From Cytophagaceae bacterium (lineage in GTDB: Bacteria > Bacteroidota > Bacteroidia > Cytophagales > JAIYAX01): DNA of 64,000 nucleotides. The DNA lies in NCBI GenBank assembly GCA_027488815.1, contig JAIYAX010000026.1, positions 15,812-79,811 of the forward strand, written 5' to 3'. Below are positions 20,266 to 29,707 of the stretch, piece by piece. Position 1 is the first letter of the stretch. Each line of letters opens with the position of its first letter. Under the pieces are notes generated by a model that saw nothing but the letters and a program-made list of their open reading frames with translations, was not told where the DNA came from and searched no databases. A program made the translations under genes and the position numbers.

Positions 20266-21006
20266 ATGAGTTCAAAGCTAAAAGTTGACCTTTTTGTGCC
20301 CTGTTTTATGGATCAGGTATTTCCACAAACAGCCATGAACATGGTTAAGATTTTGGAAAAGCTGGGTTGCGAAGTGCATTACAACCCCGAACAAACCTGT
20401 TGTGGTCAACCTGCTTACAATGCCGGTTTTTTTCAGGAAGCACAGGAAGTGGCTCTTAAGTTTATTCAGGATTTCAGTCATCCTACCGCCCGCTATGTGG
20501 TTTGTCCAAGTGCTTCCTGCACAGGCATGGTGAGAAACAGCTACAACGACCTGCTTGAAAATACGTCAAATCATCTGGAGCTCAAGCAGATTCAAAAAAA
20601 CATCTTTGAACTGAGCGAGTTCATCACACAGGTTCTGATGATTGAAAAAGTAGAGGGCGCACATTTTCCACATAAAGTGACCTACCATGACTCATGCAGT
20701 GCTCTTCGGGAACTTTCGATCAAGGAAGGTCCAAGAAACTTGCTGCGACAGGTGGCAGGGCTTGAATTGATAGAAATGAATCATACCGAGACCTGCTGTG
20801 GTTTTGGAGGCACCTTTGCCGTAAAGTATGAAAGTATTTCAGTTGGCATGGCCGAGCAGAAAGTGCAACATGCCTTGCAAACCAAAGCTGAATTCATTGT
20901 CTCAACCGACATATCCTGTTTGATGCATCTGGATGGCTACATTGGTAAAAACAATTTACCGATTCAAACCATGCATCTGGCTGATGTGCTGGTACAAGGC
21001 TGGTGA
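20266..21006 (+). CDS. CCG-domain (Fe-S)-binding oxidoreductase subunit, LutA/GlcF/HdrB-like
   Basis: 246 aa with two cysteine-rich CCG motifs (EQTCCGQPAYN, HTETCCGFGGTF). Confidence 0.8.
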   Translation: MSSKLKVDLFVPCFMDQVFPQTAMNMVKILEKLGCEVHYNPEQTCCGQPAYNAGFFQEAQEVALKFIQDFSHPTARYVVCPSASCTGMVRNSYNDLLENTSNHLELKQIQKNIFELSEFITQVLMIEKVEGAHFPHKVTYHDSCSALRELSIKEGPRNLLRQVAGLELIEMNHTETCCGFGGTFAVKYESISVGMAEQKVQHALQTKAEFIVSTDISCLMHLDGYIGKNNLPIQTMHLADVLVQGW

Positions 21007-21075
21007 TATCAAGAATTGTAGACTGATTTTTTGGCAGAAGGATTCACTTTTGCATTTTTGTGCACATCATTTACC

Positions 21076-21498
21076 ATGGACCAACGCAAACTGGAGCAAT
21101 CCCTGCTCGATCTGACCAACATTAGGTACGAACTCTCAAAGCTGAAGTACGATGAACCGGCTTATGATGATTTGGAGGAAGAGCTACACGATCTTGAAGA
21201 CAAGTTTCTTGAAGAGTACGGCACCTTTTTAGATCAGATCATCACAGAAGTACATGATGAGTATTGCCCTGACAGTGAAGTGTTGGAACCTATAGCCTAT
21301 TTGGTAAAAGCTCCCCAACTGATCGGGATGGCATCAGAAGGCAAGCCATTTTTCCAACCCGGTAAAACCGACGGCGTATTGGTGGATGCCGAAGATTTCC
21401 CTAAGAAACAAGTCAGGCTGGTGCTGTTGCCCAATCCAACCCGGTTGGTGTTTAACGTGTCAGGTACAGTGCAAAAAGAGCTTTGGAAACTTAGTTAA
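21076..21498 (+). CDS. Hypothetical acidic protein
   Basis: The ORF track starts at TTG 21031; the ATG at 21076 (MDQRKLEQS...) is more plausible. I recognise no motif. The 3' end overlaps the trpS 3' end by 8 nt. Confidence 0.45.
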   Translation: MDQRKLEQSLLDLTNIRYELSKLKYDEPAYDDLEEELHDLEDKFLEEYGTFLDQIITEVHDEYCPDSEVLEPIAYLVKAPQLIGMASEGKPFFQPGKTDGVLVDAEDFPKKQVRLVLLPNPTRLVFNVSGTVQKELWKLS

Positions 21499-22462
21499 AG
21501 CCTATCCGTTTTCTGGCTTCCTGAAGTGTTGGTACCGCAATACTTCGGGCCTTTTCAGCCCCATTTTTTAGTGCATTTTCCAATTGTAAAGGCTCTTTCA
21601 TGAGCTCATCATAGTGCGATCTCTCCGTTTTGAATCGATCCAGAATCACATCCAGGAGTGCTTTCTTGGCATGTCCATAGCCAAAATTACCCCCCAAATA
21701 CTGTTTGCGCAATTCCGCAATCGGTTCTTTTTCAGCTAGTAAAGAATAAAGTTTGAAAACTGTACAGGTATCCGGGTTTTTGGGTTCTTCCAATGGCGTG
21801 CTGTCGGTGATGATGGACATTACTTGTTTCTTCAACTGATTTTCCGGTAAGAACACATCAATGGTATTCTGATATGATTTGGACATTTTTTGGCCATCCG
21901 TTCCGGGAATAGTCATCACCTGCTCATCAATTTGGGCTTCGGGAAGAGTAAACAAGTCCCCATACCTTAGATTAAAAGCCGTGGCAATATCACGAGCCAT
22001 TTCGATATGTTGTTTCTGGTCTTTGCCTACGGGCACCAGCTCCGCCTGATAAAGGAGAATATCCGCTGCCATTAAAACCGGATAGGTAAACAGCCCTGCA
22101 TTGACATCCGAAAGTCGATCAGACTTATCTTTAAAGGAATGAGCATTTGCCAACATGGGAAAAGGAGTGACACAGGAGAGATACCAGGTGAGTTCGCATA
22201 CTTCAGGTATGGCACTTTGGCGGTAAAACGTATGTTTTTCGGTATCAAAGCCACAGGCCATCCATGCTGCTGCCACAGCAAGCGTATTTTCTTTCATTAA
22301 CTGAGCCTCCTTTACGGTGGTGAGTGCGTGCATATCAGCTATGAAAAGAAAGGAGTCATTTCCGGTTTTGTTGGACTGGGCAATGGCGGGCATAATGGCT
22401 CCGAGCAGGTTGCCCAAATGGGGGCGACCTGAGCTTTGGATACCTGTTAATATTCGGGGCAT
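21491..22462 (-). CDS. trpS: Tryptophan--tRNA ligase
   Basis: 323 aa, class I aaRS, with an N-terminal GIQSSGRPHLGN (HIGH region) and KMSKS. Confidence 0.95.
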   Translation of the reverse strand: MPRILTGIQSSGRPHLGNLLGAIMPAIAQSNKTGNDSFLFIADMHALTTVKEAQLMKENTLAVAAAWMACGFDTEKHTFYRQSAIPEVCELTWYLSCVTPFPMLANAHSFKDKSDRLSDVNAGLFTYPVLMAADILLYQAELVPVGKDQKQHIEMARDIATAFNLRYGDLFTLPEAQIDEQVMTIPGTDGQKMSKSYQNTIDVFLPENQLKKQVMSIITDSTPLEEPKNPDTCTVFKLYSLLAEKEPIAELRKQYLGGNFGYGHAKKALLDVILDRFKTERSHYDELMKEPLQLENALKNGAEKARSIAVPTLQEARKRIGFN

Positions 22463-22479
22463 GGCAGTTCGTTAGTCTA

Positions 22480-22487
22480 CAAAAGTA
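22480..22487 (-). promoter_or_regulatory. Candidate Bacteroidota -7 promoter box (TACTTTTG) for trpS
   Basis: Perfect match to TAnnTTTG on the minus strand, 17 nt upstream of the trpS ATG. Confidence 0.35.
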
Positions 22488-22495
22488 TATGTTTG
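22488..22495 (+). promoter_or_regulatory. Candidate Bacteroidota -7 promoter box (TATGTTTG) for the DUF1573 gene
   Basis: Perfect match to TAnnTTTG on the plus strand, about 45 nt upstream of the ORF start. Confidence 0.35.
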
Positions 22496-22539
22496 CACGA
22501 TTTTCGCTTCACCTTGCCTTGTTTTAATCCGGTCGCACA

Positions 22540-23637
22540 TTGGACATGCCCATGAAATTGAATCCTCATCAAACCCTAATTACTTTATTGCTTCTTTATT
22601 CTTTCAGCTTTTCTCAGGCTCAACAGATTTTGTTTGAGAAAACGGTACATGATTTTGGTGCCATCATCGAGGAAAAGGGGCCGGTAACCTATGATTTCAA
22701 ATTCACCAATACCGGTTCTTCCCCCTTGATCGTCAACAATGTAGTTGCCTCCTGCGGCTGCACAACCCCAGGTTGGTCAGGACAACCTATTCCTCCGGGT
22801 AAATCAGGCTATGTCAAGGCAGAGTTTAATCCGATCAACAGACCGGGATCCTTCAGCAAAACACTTCAGGTAGAAAGCAATTCGACCCAAAATCCAGTAC
22901 TCACCTTGTACATCAAAGGAAATGTTAACCCTAAGCCAAGAACTATTAAAGATGATTTTCCCGAGAAAATTGGAGCCATCCGTTTTAAAACCAAGTTCAT
23001 GAGCATGGGGGTAGTAAAAACCAACCAACCCTTTAGCTATTCCTATCCCATTGCCAATGAAAGTGATAAGCCTGTCACATTCAAGGATCAGGTAGCTGCT
23101 CCACCTCATATCAAAGTCACTGTTACACCAAAAACCATAGCCGCCGGGCAAAAAGCTATGCTAAGTCTGGAATACAATGCTAAGCTGAAGAATGATTATG
23201 GCTATATTCAGGATCAAATCCAATTGTTTACCGATGAAGTAGATCAGCCCAAAAAGGACTTGGTTGTAGTCGCTACCATAGAAGACTATTTCCCACCCAT
23301 GACTGCCGAACAACTGGCCTTGGCACCTAAGCTGGTCTTGTCAAAAACTACCCACGATTTTGGAAAATTGAAAGAAGGTGAACAAGCCTCTGTGGAAATA
23401 GAATACCGTAATTCCGGAAAGGAAGAATTACAGATCAGAAAAATAAAAGCCGACTGTGGATGTACAGTAGTGAGTGCGGATAAATACTTTTTAAAGCCGG
23501 GAGAGGTGGGTAAATTCAAAGTGAATTTCAACAGCAAAGGCAGATTTGGAAAGAGTAACAAGAATGTGACTGTGTTCAGTAATGACCCTAAGTATTCAAG
23601 ACAGGTGATTACATTGTTTTCCGAAGTCAATCCATAA
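22540..23637 (+). CDS. DUF1573 domain-containing secreted protein (two modules)
   Basis: 365 aa with a signal peptide (..FSQAQ) and two beta-sandwich modules, each with the C-G-C motif (VVASCGCTTPGW, IKADCGCTVV). The true start may be the ATG at 22546 or 22552. Confidence 0.85.
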   Translation: MDMPMKLNPHQTLITLLLLYSFSFSQAQQILFEKTVHDFGAIIEEKGPVTYDFKFTNTGSSPLIVNNVVASCGCTTPGWSGQPIPPGKSGYVKAEFNPINRPGSFSKTLQVESNSTQNPVLTLYIKGNVNPKPRTIKDDFPEKIGAIRFKTKFMSMGVVKTNQPFSYSYPIANESDKPVTFKDQVAAPPHIKVTVTPKTIAAGQKAMLSLEYNAKLKNDYGYIQDQIQLFTDEVDQPKKDLVVVATIEDYFPPMTAEQLALAPKLVLSKTTHDFGKLKEGEQASVEIEYRNSGKEELQIRKIKADCGCTVVSADKYFLKPGEVGKFKVNFNSKGRFGKSNKNVTVFSNDPKYSRQVITLFSEVNP

Positions 23638-23683
23638 GCGATTTAAATAGGGCTTAAGGGCCTTTCACATTTTGGCCATAAAC

Positions 23684-23722
23684 AAGCAAGCCACTCCAAA
23701 ATGGAGTGGCTTGCTTCTTTTT
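23684..23722 (+). terminator. Intrinsic terminator after the DUF1573 gene
   Basis: A 15-bp stem (AAGCAAGCCACTCCA / TGGAGTGGCTTGCTT) with a 4-nt loop (AAAA), followed by CTTTTT. Confidence 0.7.
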
Positions 23723-23903
23723 AATGAATGAAGGTTTAGTCTGTTCGTTACCGTTGTACGCAAGCAAGGTAGAATCAGTTTCGTAAACGGCAAAAAACTT
23801 ACACCATTTTTTTAGAGGTTGAAGGGCTTTTTGTCTTCAACTGGCTGAAAAACAAGCTAAAAAATATTCAATTTTTAGTCAATTCTTACCTATTACTAAG
23901 TCA

Positions 23904-25205
23904 TTATTGGATTATTACGGGATGAAAACCATTCAAGTTTACCGATAAAAGGTACATGCCTGGAGGTAGATCTGAAACATATATTCGACCTTCTGAGTCG
24001 GTTTGATTGCTTCTGACCTGCCTGCCCTGAAGGTTTAAAATCCGGTAAGGTGCATCCGGCTTGTTTGTCCAAATGACATCTTTAGCAGGCTGTGGGTATA
24101 GCTTGATTTTTTGGTTTTGGGCACTTAGGCTTTCCACGCTTGTCGATGTTACCGTGCAGGGCAAACTCATAATTCTTGCCCATACCTCGTTGTCAAAATC
24201 GGAGAGTGCCAAAGGACTTAGCCCACTTGCATCTCCCAATCGGATGACCACTATCTTTTCAGAAGGCCAGATATAAATCCTTTGATCGTTCTTGCCCAAA
24301 GCTGATATTACGTCATCAGGGGCGGAAGGAATCAAATCTCCAGGAAACAAAAACTGAGATTGGGGAAGGCGATAGCTCCCTTTACCATTCAGCCACCATA
24401 AAAAACCATAAGAGAGGTTGATGGACTGTGAAGTATTCACAGAACGAAACAAATAGGTGGTGTCTTTTAAAACAGTATCCTGATTCCAAATGCCTTTGTT
24501 CATGATAAGCAACCCAAACCTGGCCATGCTGCGGGCACTTGAGTAGTACACATTGTTATCTCCAGTCTGTAGCCATAGACCTGTCATTCCAATTTTTTGC
24601 CTGATACGGGTTTGGGTGTAGGAATTAATGTTAACGGCGGTAGCATTTTCTATTACATCCTTCAGCAAGGTGTAGGGTGCGTTATGATAAGCCCAGCGAG
24701 TACCTGTATCAGCCAAGTAGAGAAGGCAGGAGGGCAGTGTGCAGTCAGGATTTGTCACCAGATCACTTAAGCCGGTGGTCATGCTGAGTTGATGCCTGAT
24801 CTTGATCTTCCTTTCCTGCTGAGTTGTAAGGCTGGTCCAGCCAGTTCCAAGAAACCTCGAACTGCTGTCCTCAATACTTAAATGTCCTTCCGTCTGAGCA
24901 ATGCCTACAAGTGCTGCTGTTAGAGTCTTGCCGGCTGAGGCCCAATACCAAACACTGTCTCGGGTAAAACTGCCATAATAGGTTTCCAGAACGATGCGTC
25001 CATTTTTTAAGATGATAAATGCTTTGGTGTTTTTGGACGCCAGGTAGTTTTCCAGAGTATCTATACGGTCCGGGCACCAGTTGAGACTTGAGGGGCTCAG
25101 GGTATCCCAGGCCGGCCCAATCAAAGGTGGGAAGTAGGTTCCTTGAGAAAACGACTTTTGACTTAGTCCATAAATCAACAAAAAAGTCAGGCTGAGATAT
25201 TTCAT
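23904..25205 (-). CDS. Beta-lactamase-family serine hydrolase with a T9SS C-terminal sorting domain
   Basis: 433 aa with a signal peptide and an SxxK motif (ASAGKT). The C-terminal tail reads KLYPQPAKDVIW...GMYLLSVNL. Confidence 0.78.
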   Translation of the reverse strand: MKYLSLTFLLIYGLSQKSFSQGTYFPPLIGPAWDTLSPSSLNWCPDRIDTLENYLASKNTKAFIILKNGRIVLETYYGSFTRDSVWYWASAGKTLTAALVGIAQTEGHLSIEDSSSRFLGTGWTSLTTQQERKIKIRHQLSMTTGLSDLVTNPDCTLPSCLLYLADTGTRWAYHNAPYTLLKDVIENATAVNINSYTQTRIRQKIGMTGLWLQTGDNNVYYSSARSMARFGLLIMNKGIWNQDTVLKDTTYLFRSVNTSQSINLSYGFLWWLNGKGSYRLPQSQFLFPGDLIPSAPDDVISALGKNDQRIYIWPSEKIVVIRLGDASGLSPLALSDFDNEVWARIMSLPCTVTSTSVESLSAQNQKIKLYPQPAKDVIWTNKPDAPYRILNLQGRQVRSNQTDSEGRIYVSDLPPGMYLLSVNLNGFHPVIIQ

Positions 25206-25243
25206 AGTGCAGCAGGAAATTACCTGCCTATGACGAACTTGAC

Positions 25244-25531
25244 TCAGGATGGTTTAGATGCTGAAAACAATTTTCCTGTTCTGTTAGAACTAATTTCACG
25301 CTGTCTGGAGCATTTATGTCTGCCAATAACAAATTCTCGTTTTTTTAAATGCTTGGTACTTCTCCCTCCGGTTCTTTTTCTCCACCTTTTGAATGAGGTT
25401 TCTTTTAGCTCTGAACGCATCAATCGGATCACATCCTGCTGATCAAGACCAAACTGTACCTTGATAGCTTCAAAGGGCGTTCTGTCTTCCCAAGCCATTT
25501 CAATAATTCTTGAAAGTTCTTCAGTACTCAT
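25244..25531 (-). CDS. Small conserved protein, DUF2805/TIGR03643-like
   Basis: 95 aa with IEMAWEDRTPFEAIKVQFGL...SFKRWRKR, matching my recollection of that family. Confidence 0.65.
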   Translation of the reverse strand: MSTEELSRIIEMAWEDRTPFEAIKVQFGLDQQDVIRLMRSELKETSFKRWRKRTGGRSTKHLKKREFVIGRHKCSRQREISSNRTGKLFSASKPS

Positions 25532-25593
25532 AGCTTCGGAACACCTTAAACAAAGAGGAAGTTTTAGTTAATTGCTCAAAATCATTAAAACAC

Positions 25594-27342
25594 ATGACGG
25601 CCGACAAGAAAGTAAAAAGAGTAACCATAGCACATGTATTCAAAACGATCATTTGGCCCAGGAGACGCTATTTGATCATCGGCTTGGTGCTTATCATTAT
25701 CAGCAGGCTTTCAGGATTGGTATTGCCGGGGGCGACCAAATATCTGCTCGATGATGTCATACCGAATAAAGACATGCAATTGCTCCTCTGGCTGATTGGA
25801 GCGGTGGTTGGATCCTTGATCATTCAGTCGGTTACCTCTTTCATTCTCACTCAAATACTCAGTGTTGAAGCTCAGCACCTGATTGCTCAGCTAAGAGTAA
25901 AAGTACAGAAACACATTATGCAGCTGCCTGTCAGCTATTTTGACAATACAAAGACCGGAGAGTTGGTTTCCCGTATCATGACAGACGTTGAAGGTGTCAG
26001 AAATCTGGTTGGTACCGGCTTTGCGCAATTGATCGGGGGTAGCCTGGCAGCCATTGTTTGTTTGGTCATCATGATCAATATCAGCCCTTTGCTGACAGGA
26101 ATTGTCTTACTGCCTGTTGCAGTTTTTGGACTGATCTCCATACGAGCTTTTGGCAAGATCAGGCCAATTTTCAGAGAGAGAGGAGTACTTACAGCTCAAG
26201 TCACAGGCCGGCTGACCGAGACCTTGGGCGGAATCAGGGTAATCAAGGGGTTTAATGCTGAAGCTCAGGAGATCAAAACCTTTGAAAACGGGGCGATGAA
26301 ACTTTTTAACAACATCAAAAGCTCCTTGCTCACGACAAGTTTGGTGACAAGTGCAGCCACTCTCTTACTCGGATTGGCGAGTGCAGGGATCATGGGCGTC
26401 GGAGGTTGGTTTATCATGACCGGTAAACTCACTTTTGGTGAATTTTTGTCGTTTACCCTGTACCTGGGTTTTATGATTGCTCCAATTGTACAGATGAGTA
26501 ACATTGGCAGTCAGCTTACAGAGGCTTTTGCAGGCCTTGACAGGATGGAAGAAATCATGAATGTGCCCATCGAGTCTAATGAAGAGGAAAGAGTTATTGC
26601 ACTTGATTCCCTTAAGGGTGACCTGAAGTTTAATAAGGTGTCTTTCGCCTATGAAGCAGGAAAGGAAGTCTTGCACGAAATCAGTTTTGAAGCACCTCCT
26701 GGGTCTGTGACAGCACTTGTAGGCACGAGTGGTTCTGGCAAAAGCACAATTGCCGGAATGGTAGCATCTTTTTTAAAGCCGTTGCAAGGCGAAATTCTGA
26801 TCGATGGAAAGGATATCACCAAAGTGATGCTGGAAAACTATCGTTCACAGCTTGGGGTGGTTTTGCAAGATGATTTCTTGTTTGAAGGGACAATTCGGGA
26901 GAACATACTATTTCCCAGACCACACGCCGGCAGCAAAGAGCTGTTGCATGCCGTTCATGCCGCCCATGTTCATGAATTCACCGATCGGTTTCCGGAAGGC
27001 CTCGATACCCTGATAGGGGAGAGGGGGATCAAATTGTCAGGTGGGCAAAGGCAAAGGGTTGCTATTGCCAGGGCCATACTTGCTGATCCCAAAGTGCTTA
27101 TTCTGGATGAAGCTACATCAAATCTGGACACTGAAAGTGAGTCATACATTCAGGCCAGTCTCAAAGAACTTATGAAAGGAAGAACTACGATCGTAATTGC
27201 ACATAGGCTTAGCACCATTCGTCAGGCGGATCAGATTTTGGTCGTTGAACAGGGTGAGATTGTCGAACGAGGCACCCATGATCAACTGATTTCAGCTCAA
27301 GGGCGATACTTCCAGTTGTACACGTATCAGGCCAGGATTTGA
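25594..27342 (+). CDS. ABC exporter, fused permease/ATPase (MsbA-like half-transporter)
   Basis: 582 aa with a six-TM exporter domain plus a nucleotide-binding domain. Motifs are Walker A (GTSGSGKST), signature (LSGGQRQR) and Walker B (ILILDEATS). Confidence 0.92.
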   Translation: MTADKKVKRVTIAHVFKTIIWPRRRYLIIGLVLIIISRLSGLVLPGATKYLLDDVIPNKDMQLLLWLIGAVVGSLIIQSVTSFILTQILSVEAQHLIAQLRVKVQKHIMQLPVSYFDNTKTGELVSRIMTDVEGVRNLVGTGFAQLIGGSLAAIVCLVIMINISPLLTGIVLLPVAVFGLISIRAFGKIRPIFRERGVLTAQVTGRLTETLGGIRVIKGFNAEAQEIKTFENGAMKLFNNIKSSLLTTSLVTSAATLLLGLASAGIMGVGGWFIMTGKLTFGEFLSFTLYLGFMIAPIVQMSNIGSQLTEAFAGLDRMEEIMNVPIESNEEERVIALDSLKGDLKFNKVSFAYEAGKEVLHEISFEAPPGSVTALVGTSGSGKSTIAGMVASFLKPLQGEILIDGKDITKVMLENYRSQLGVVLQDDFLFEGTIRENILFPRPHAGSKELLHAVHAAHVHEFTDRFPEGLDTLIGERGIKLSGGQRQRVAIARAILADPKVLILDEATSNLDTESESYIQASLKELMKGRTTIVIAHRLSTIRQADQILVVEQGEIVERGTHDQLISAQGRYFQLYTYQARI

Positions 27343-27410
27343 TGTGCTGTTTTAAGAAAAGAGTTGGACGTAAACTGATAGTCAATTAAGCTCCCAAAAG
27401 CCAAAAAATA

Positions 27411-27438
27411 AACCTCTCCTGCAAACGGAGAGGTTTTT
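27411..27438. terminator. Bidirectional intrinsic terminator between the ABC exporter and the tRNA cluster
   Basis: Stem AACCTCTCC / GGAGAGGTT with loop TGCAAAC, an A-run upstream and a T-run downstream. Confidence 0.7.
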
Positions 27439-27448
27439 CATGATGGTG

Positions 27449-27522
<74 letters not shown>

Positions 27523-27553
27523 AATAAGATGGCCTACAATAAATCTACCGGCC

Positions 27554-27586
27554 AAAAAAAGCCCGCTGAACTTGGTAGGACAGCGG
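27554..27586 (-). terminator. Possible weak intrinsic terminator between tRNA-Pro and tRNA-Arg
   Basis: Read on the minus strand, a 6-bp stem (CCGCTG / CAGCGG) with a 12-nt loop is followed by GCTTTTTTT. Confidence 0.35.
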
Positions 27587-27620
27587 ACTTCAATTGAGAT
27601 TCTCGGCTCACCGAGAGGAG

Positions 27621-27695
27621 TCGGGGTGGCAAGATTCGAACTTGCGACCTCCTGGTCCCAAACCAGGCGCGATGACCGGGCTACGCTACACCCCG
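27621..27695 (-). tRNA. tRNA-Pro (anticodon TGG)
   Basis: Manual cloverleaf: CGGGGTG TA GCGT AGCCCGGTCA TCGC G CCTGG TTTGGGA CCAGG AGGTC GCAAG TTCGAAT CTTGC CACCCCG A. No CCA is encoded. Confidence 0.9.
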
Positions 27696-27775
27696 ATTTT
27701 CATTTAGCCGGGAAGACTCTACTTGCTTAGAGGTATCGTCATCCCATCACAGAGAGCTTAGGTCACTTAGCCCTC

Positions 27776-27864
<89 letters not shown>

Positions 27865-27877
27865 GAAAAATGGAGTG

Positions 27878-27885
27878 CAAATATA
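27878..27885 (-). promoter_or_regulatory. Candidate -7 promoter box (TATATTTG) for the tRNA cluster
   Basis: Perfect TAnnTTTG on the minus strand, 13 nt upstream of the tRNA-Ser 5' end. TTG motifs lie 15 and 20 nt further upstream. Confidence 0.4.
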
Positions 27886-27925
27886 GAGGATTGAAAACGT
27901 CAAGCCAATAGTTTCAAAAAAATCA

Positions 27926-29707
27926 TTGAAGCGGCTGATCATTACACTCAATAAGGGTAATTTTCCTTTTTTTTGGGCTATGCGACTTTACTACTTTAGT
28001 TATGCGTTACTGTTTCTGCTCTTTTCCTGTGGTACCAGGGTGGCAGATCAAACTCAGGAAAAGAGTATTGTATTGCTTCACATGGGAAATCCGCCCAGCC
28101 AGCTTCATCCTTACCGATCAACCGGAGAGCATGAGCTTTTTATTAACCAGCACATCTTTCAGCCATTACTTCGCATTGACTTGAGTAGTGGGCAACTTTT
28201 CCCTGTGCTCGCCAAAGAAAGGCCTGAAAAGAAGATTCAGGACAGCCTTACATTTTTTAAATACCGCCTACGACCTGAGGCAAAGTGGCCTGATGGTCGG
28301 TCTGTTACAGTACGTGACGTGGCCTTTTCATTAAAAGTGATCAAAAATCCTTTTGTATCAGCTGAATCTTTGCGGGGTTACCTGAGCTATATCGAAGACA
28401 TCATCATGAAAGAGGGAGACAGCCTTTCATTTGTTCTGCGATGTGGCCCTGATTTTATACTGTCTGAAAGCACTTCTGGTGATTTTGATGTTTTACCTGA
28501 ACATCTTTATGACCCGGAAGGCTTGCTAAAGGCATATCGGATTGATCAACTGAGTTTGCTCAAAGAGGACTCGGCAGGTGCAAAAGCTTTGGCCTTTGCA
28601 AAAAGGTTTAATTCAATGGACTATAAGGAGTTTCCCGCATCTCTGGCAGGTTCTGGCCCTTACGAGCTACAGGAGTGGAGAACAGCTGAAGTAGCTCTCA
28701 AAAAGAGGATGAACTGGTGGGGTGATCGACTGGCATCTTCAGGCCTTTCATTTACTGCTTATCCGGAGATGTTGGTATTCAGACATATAGCTGATTTGGA
28801 TGCTTCCATCTATGCCATGAAAACTAACCAGTTGGATGTGATGCGTTCAGTCCCTGCAAGCCGGTTTGAGCGGATCATGGCCGACAGTCTCATTCGGTCC
28901 AAGTTCAAGACAAGCTCTCCGATAGTACTGGCTTTTTTTTACCTGGGTTGCAACAGTCAGTTACCCAAGCTCAGCAGTGTGAAAACAAGGCAGGCCATTG
29001 CGCACATGATCAACCGGAAAAAGATTGTTGATTTTGTTCATAGAGGCTATGCCATTGAAGCAAGGGGCCCTGTTCTTCCAGGATCCATATATTTCAATGC
29101 TGAAATCAAACCCTATGTGTATGACACGGCCATTGCGATGAAGTTGTTATATGAGGACGGCTGGCGTGACCTGAATAAAGATGGAACATTAGAGAAAACC
29201 ATCAGAGGCAAGGAATACGCCCTGGAGTTCAGCTATTTGTTTCCTGCGGGTAACGAAGAACGTAAAACTATCGGATTGCTTCTACAGGAAAGTTTAGCTA
29301 CCTGTGGGATCAAATGTGAATTGGAAGGAGTTGACTTTGCAACATTTACCCAAAGGCTAAAACGCAAAGAATTTGAATTAATGGTAGCTGGCAGGTCCAT
29401 ACATCCGCTGGCAGATGATCCTGAAGGCACTTTTCATACCCAAAGCATTTTAAGTGGAGGAAACTACGTGTCATTTGGTGACCAACAAAGCGACACCTGG
29501 ATCGAAAAAATGAAGCTTTCTCCTGAAAAAGAACGCATAAAATTGAGCAAACAACTGCAGGCAAAGTTGCATCAGGATGCCTCCTTTATCTTTCTGTATC
29601 ACCCCAAAGACCGGATTATTGTCAACAATAAGTTTGAAGGGGTTGTTACCTCCTCCGTATTTCCCAGACTTTGGGTGGGATCCCTACGCATACCCTCTAA
29701 AAAGTGA
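27926..29707 (+). CDS. ABC transporter substrate-binding lipoprotein, family 5 (peptide/nickel, DppA/OppA-like)
   Basis: 593-aa ORF from TTG. The ATG at 27980 gives MRLYYFSYALLFLLFSCG (lipobox). Length and overall pattern fit SBP family 5, and it is followed by cognate permease genes. Confidence 0.85.
   Translation: MKRLIITLNKGNFPFFWAMRLYYFSYALLFLLFSCGTRVADQTQEKSIVLLHMGNPPSQLHPYRSTGEHELFINQHIFQPLLRIDLSSGQLFPVLAKERPEKKIQDSLTFFKYRLRPEAKWPDGRSVTVRDVAFSLKVIKNPFVSAESLRGYLSYIEDIIMKEGDSLSFVLRCGPDFILSESTSGDFDVLPEHLYDPEGLLKAYRIDQLSLLKEDSAGAKALAFAKRFNSMDYKEFPASLAGSGPYELQEWRTAEVALKKRMNWWGDRLASSGLSFTAYPEMLVFRHIADLDASIYAMKTNQLDVMRSVPASRFERIMADSLIRSKFKTSSPIVLAFFYLGCNSQLPKLSSVKTRQAIAHMINRKKIVDFVHRGYAIEARGPVLPGSIYFNAEIKPYVYDTAIAMKLLYEDGWRDLNKDGTLEKTIRGKEYALEFSYLFPAGNEERKTIGLLLQESLATCGIKCELEGVDFATFTQRLKRKEFELMVAGRSIHPLADDPEGTFHTQSILSGGNYVSFGDQQSDTWIEKMKLSPEKERIKLSKQLQAKLHQDASFIFLYHPKDRIIVNNKFEGVVTSSVFPRLWVGSLRIPSKK

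Noticed and set aside
23723-23903. A 180-nt non-coding stretch with small hairpins (for example GTTGAAG..CTTCAAC at about 23818-23841), considered as a possible small RNA.
   Set aside because: It matches no RNA family I can recognise by eye (not SRP, 6S, tmRNA or RNase P). The hairpins are short and lack T-tracts. It is most likely just the 3' UTR/spacer of two convergent genes.
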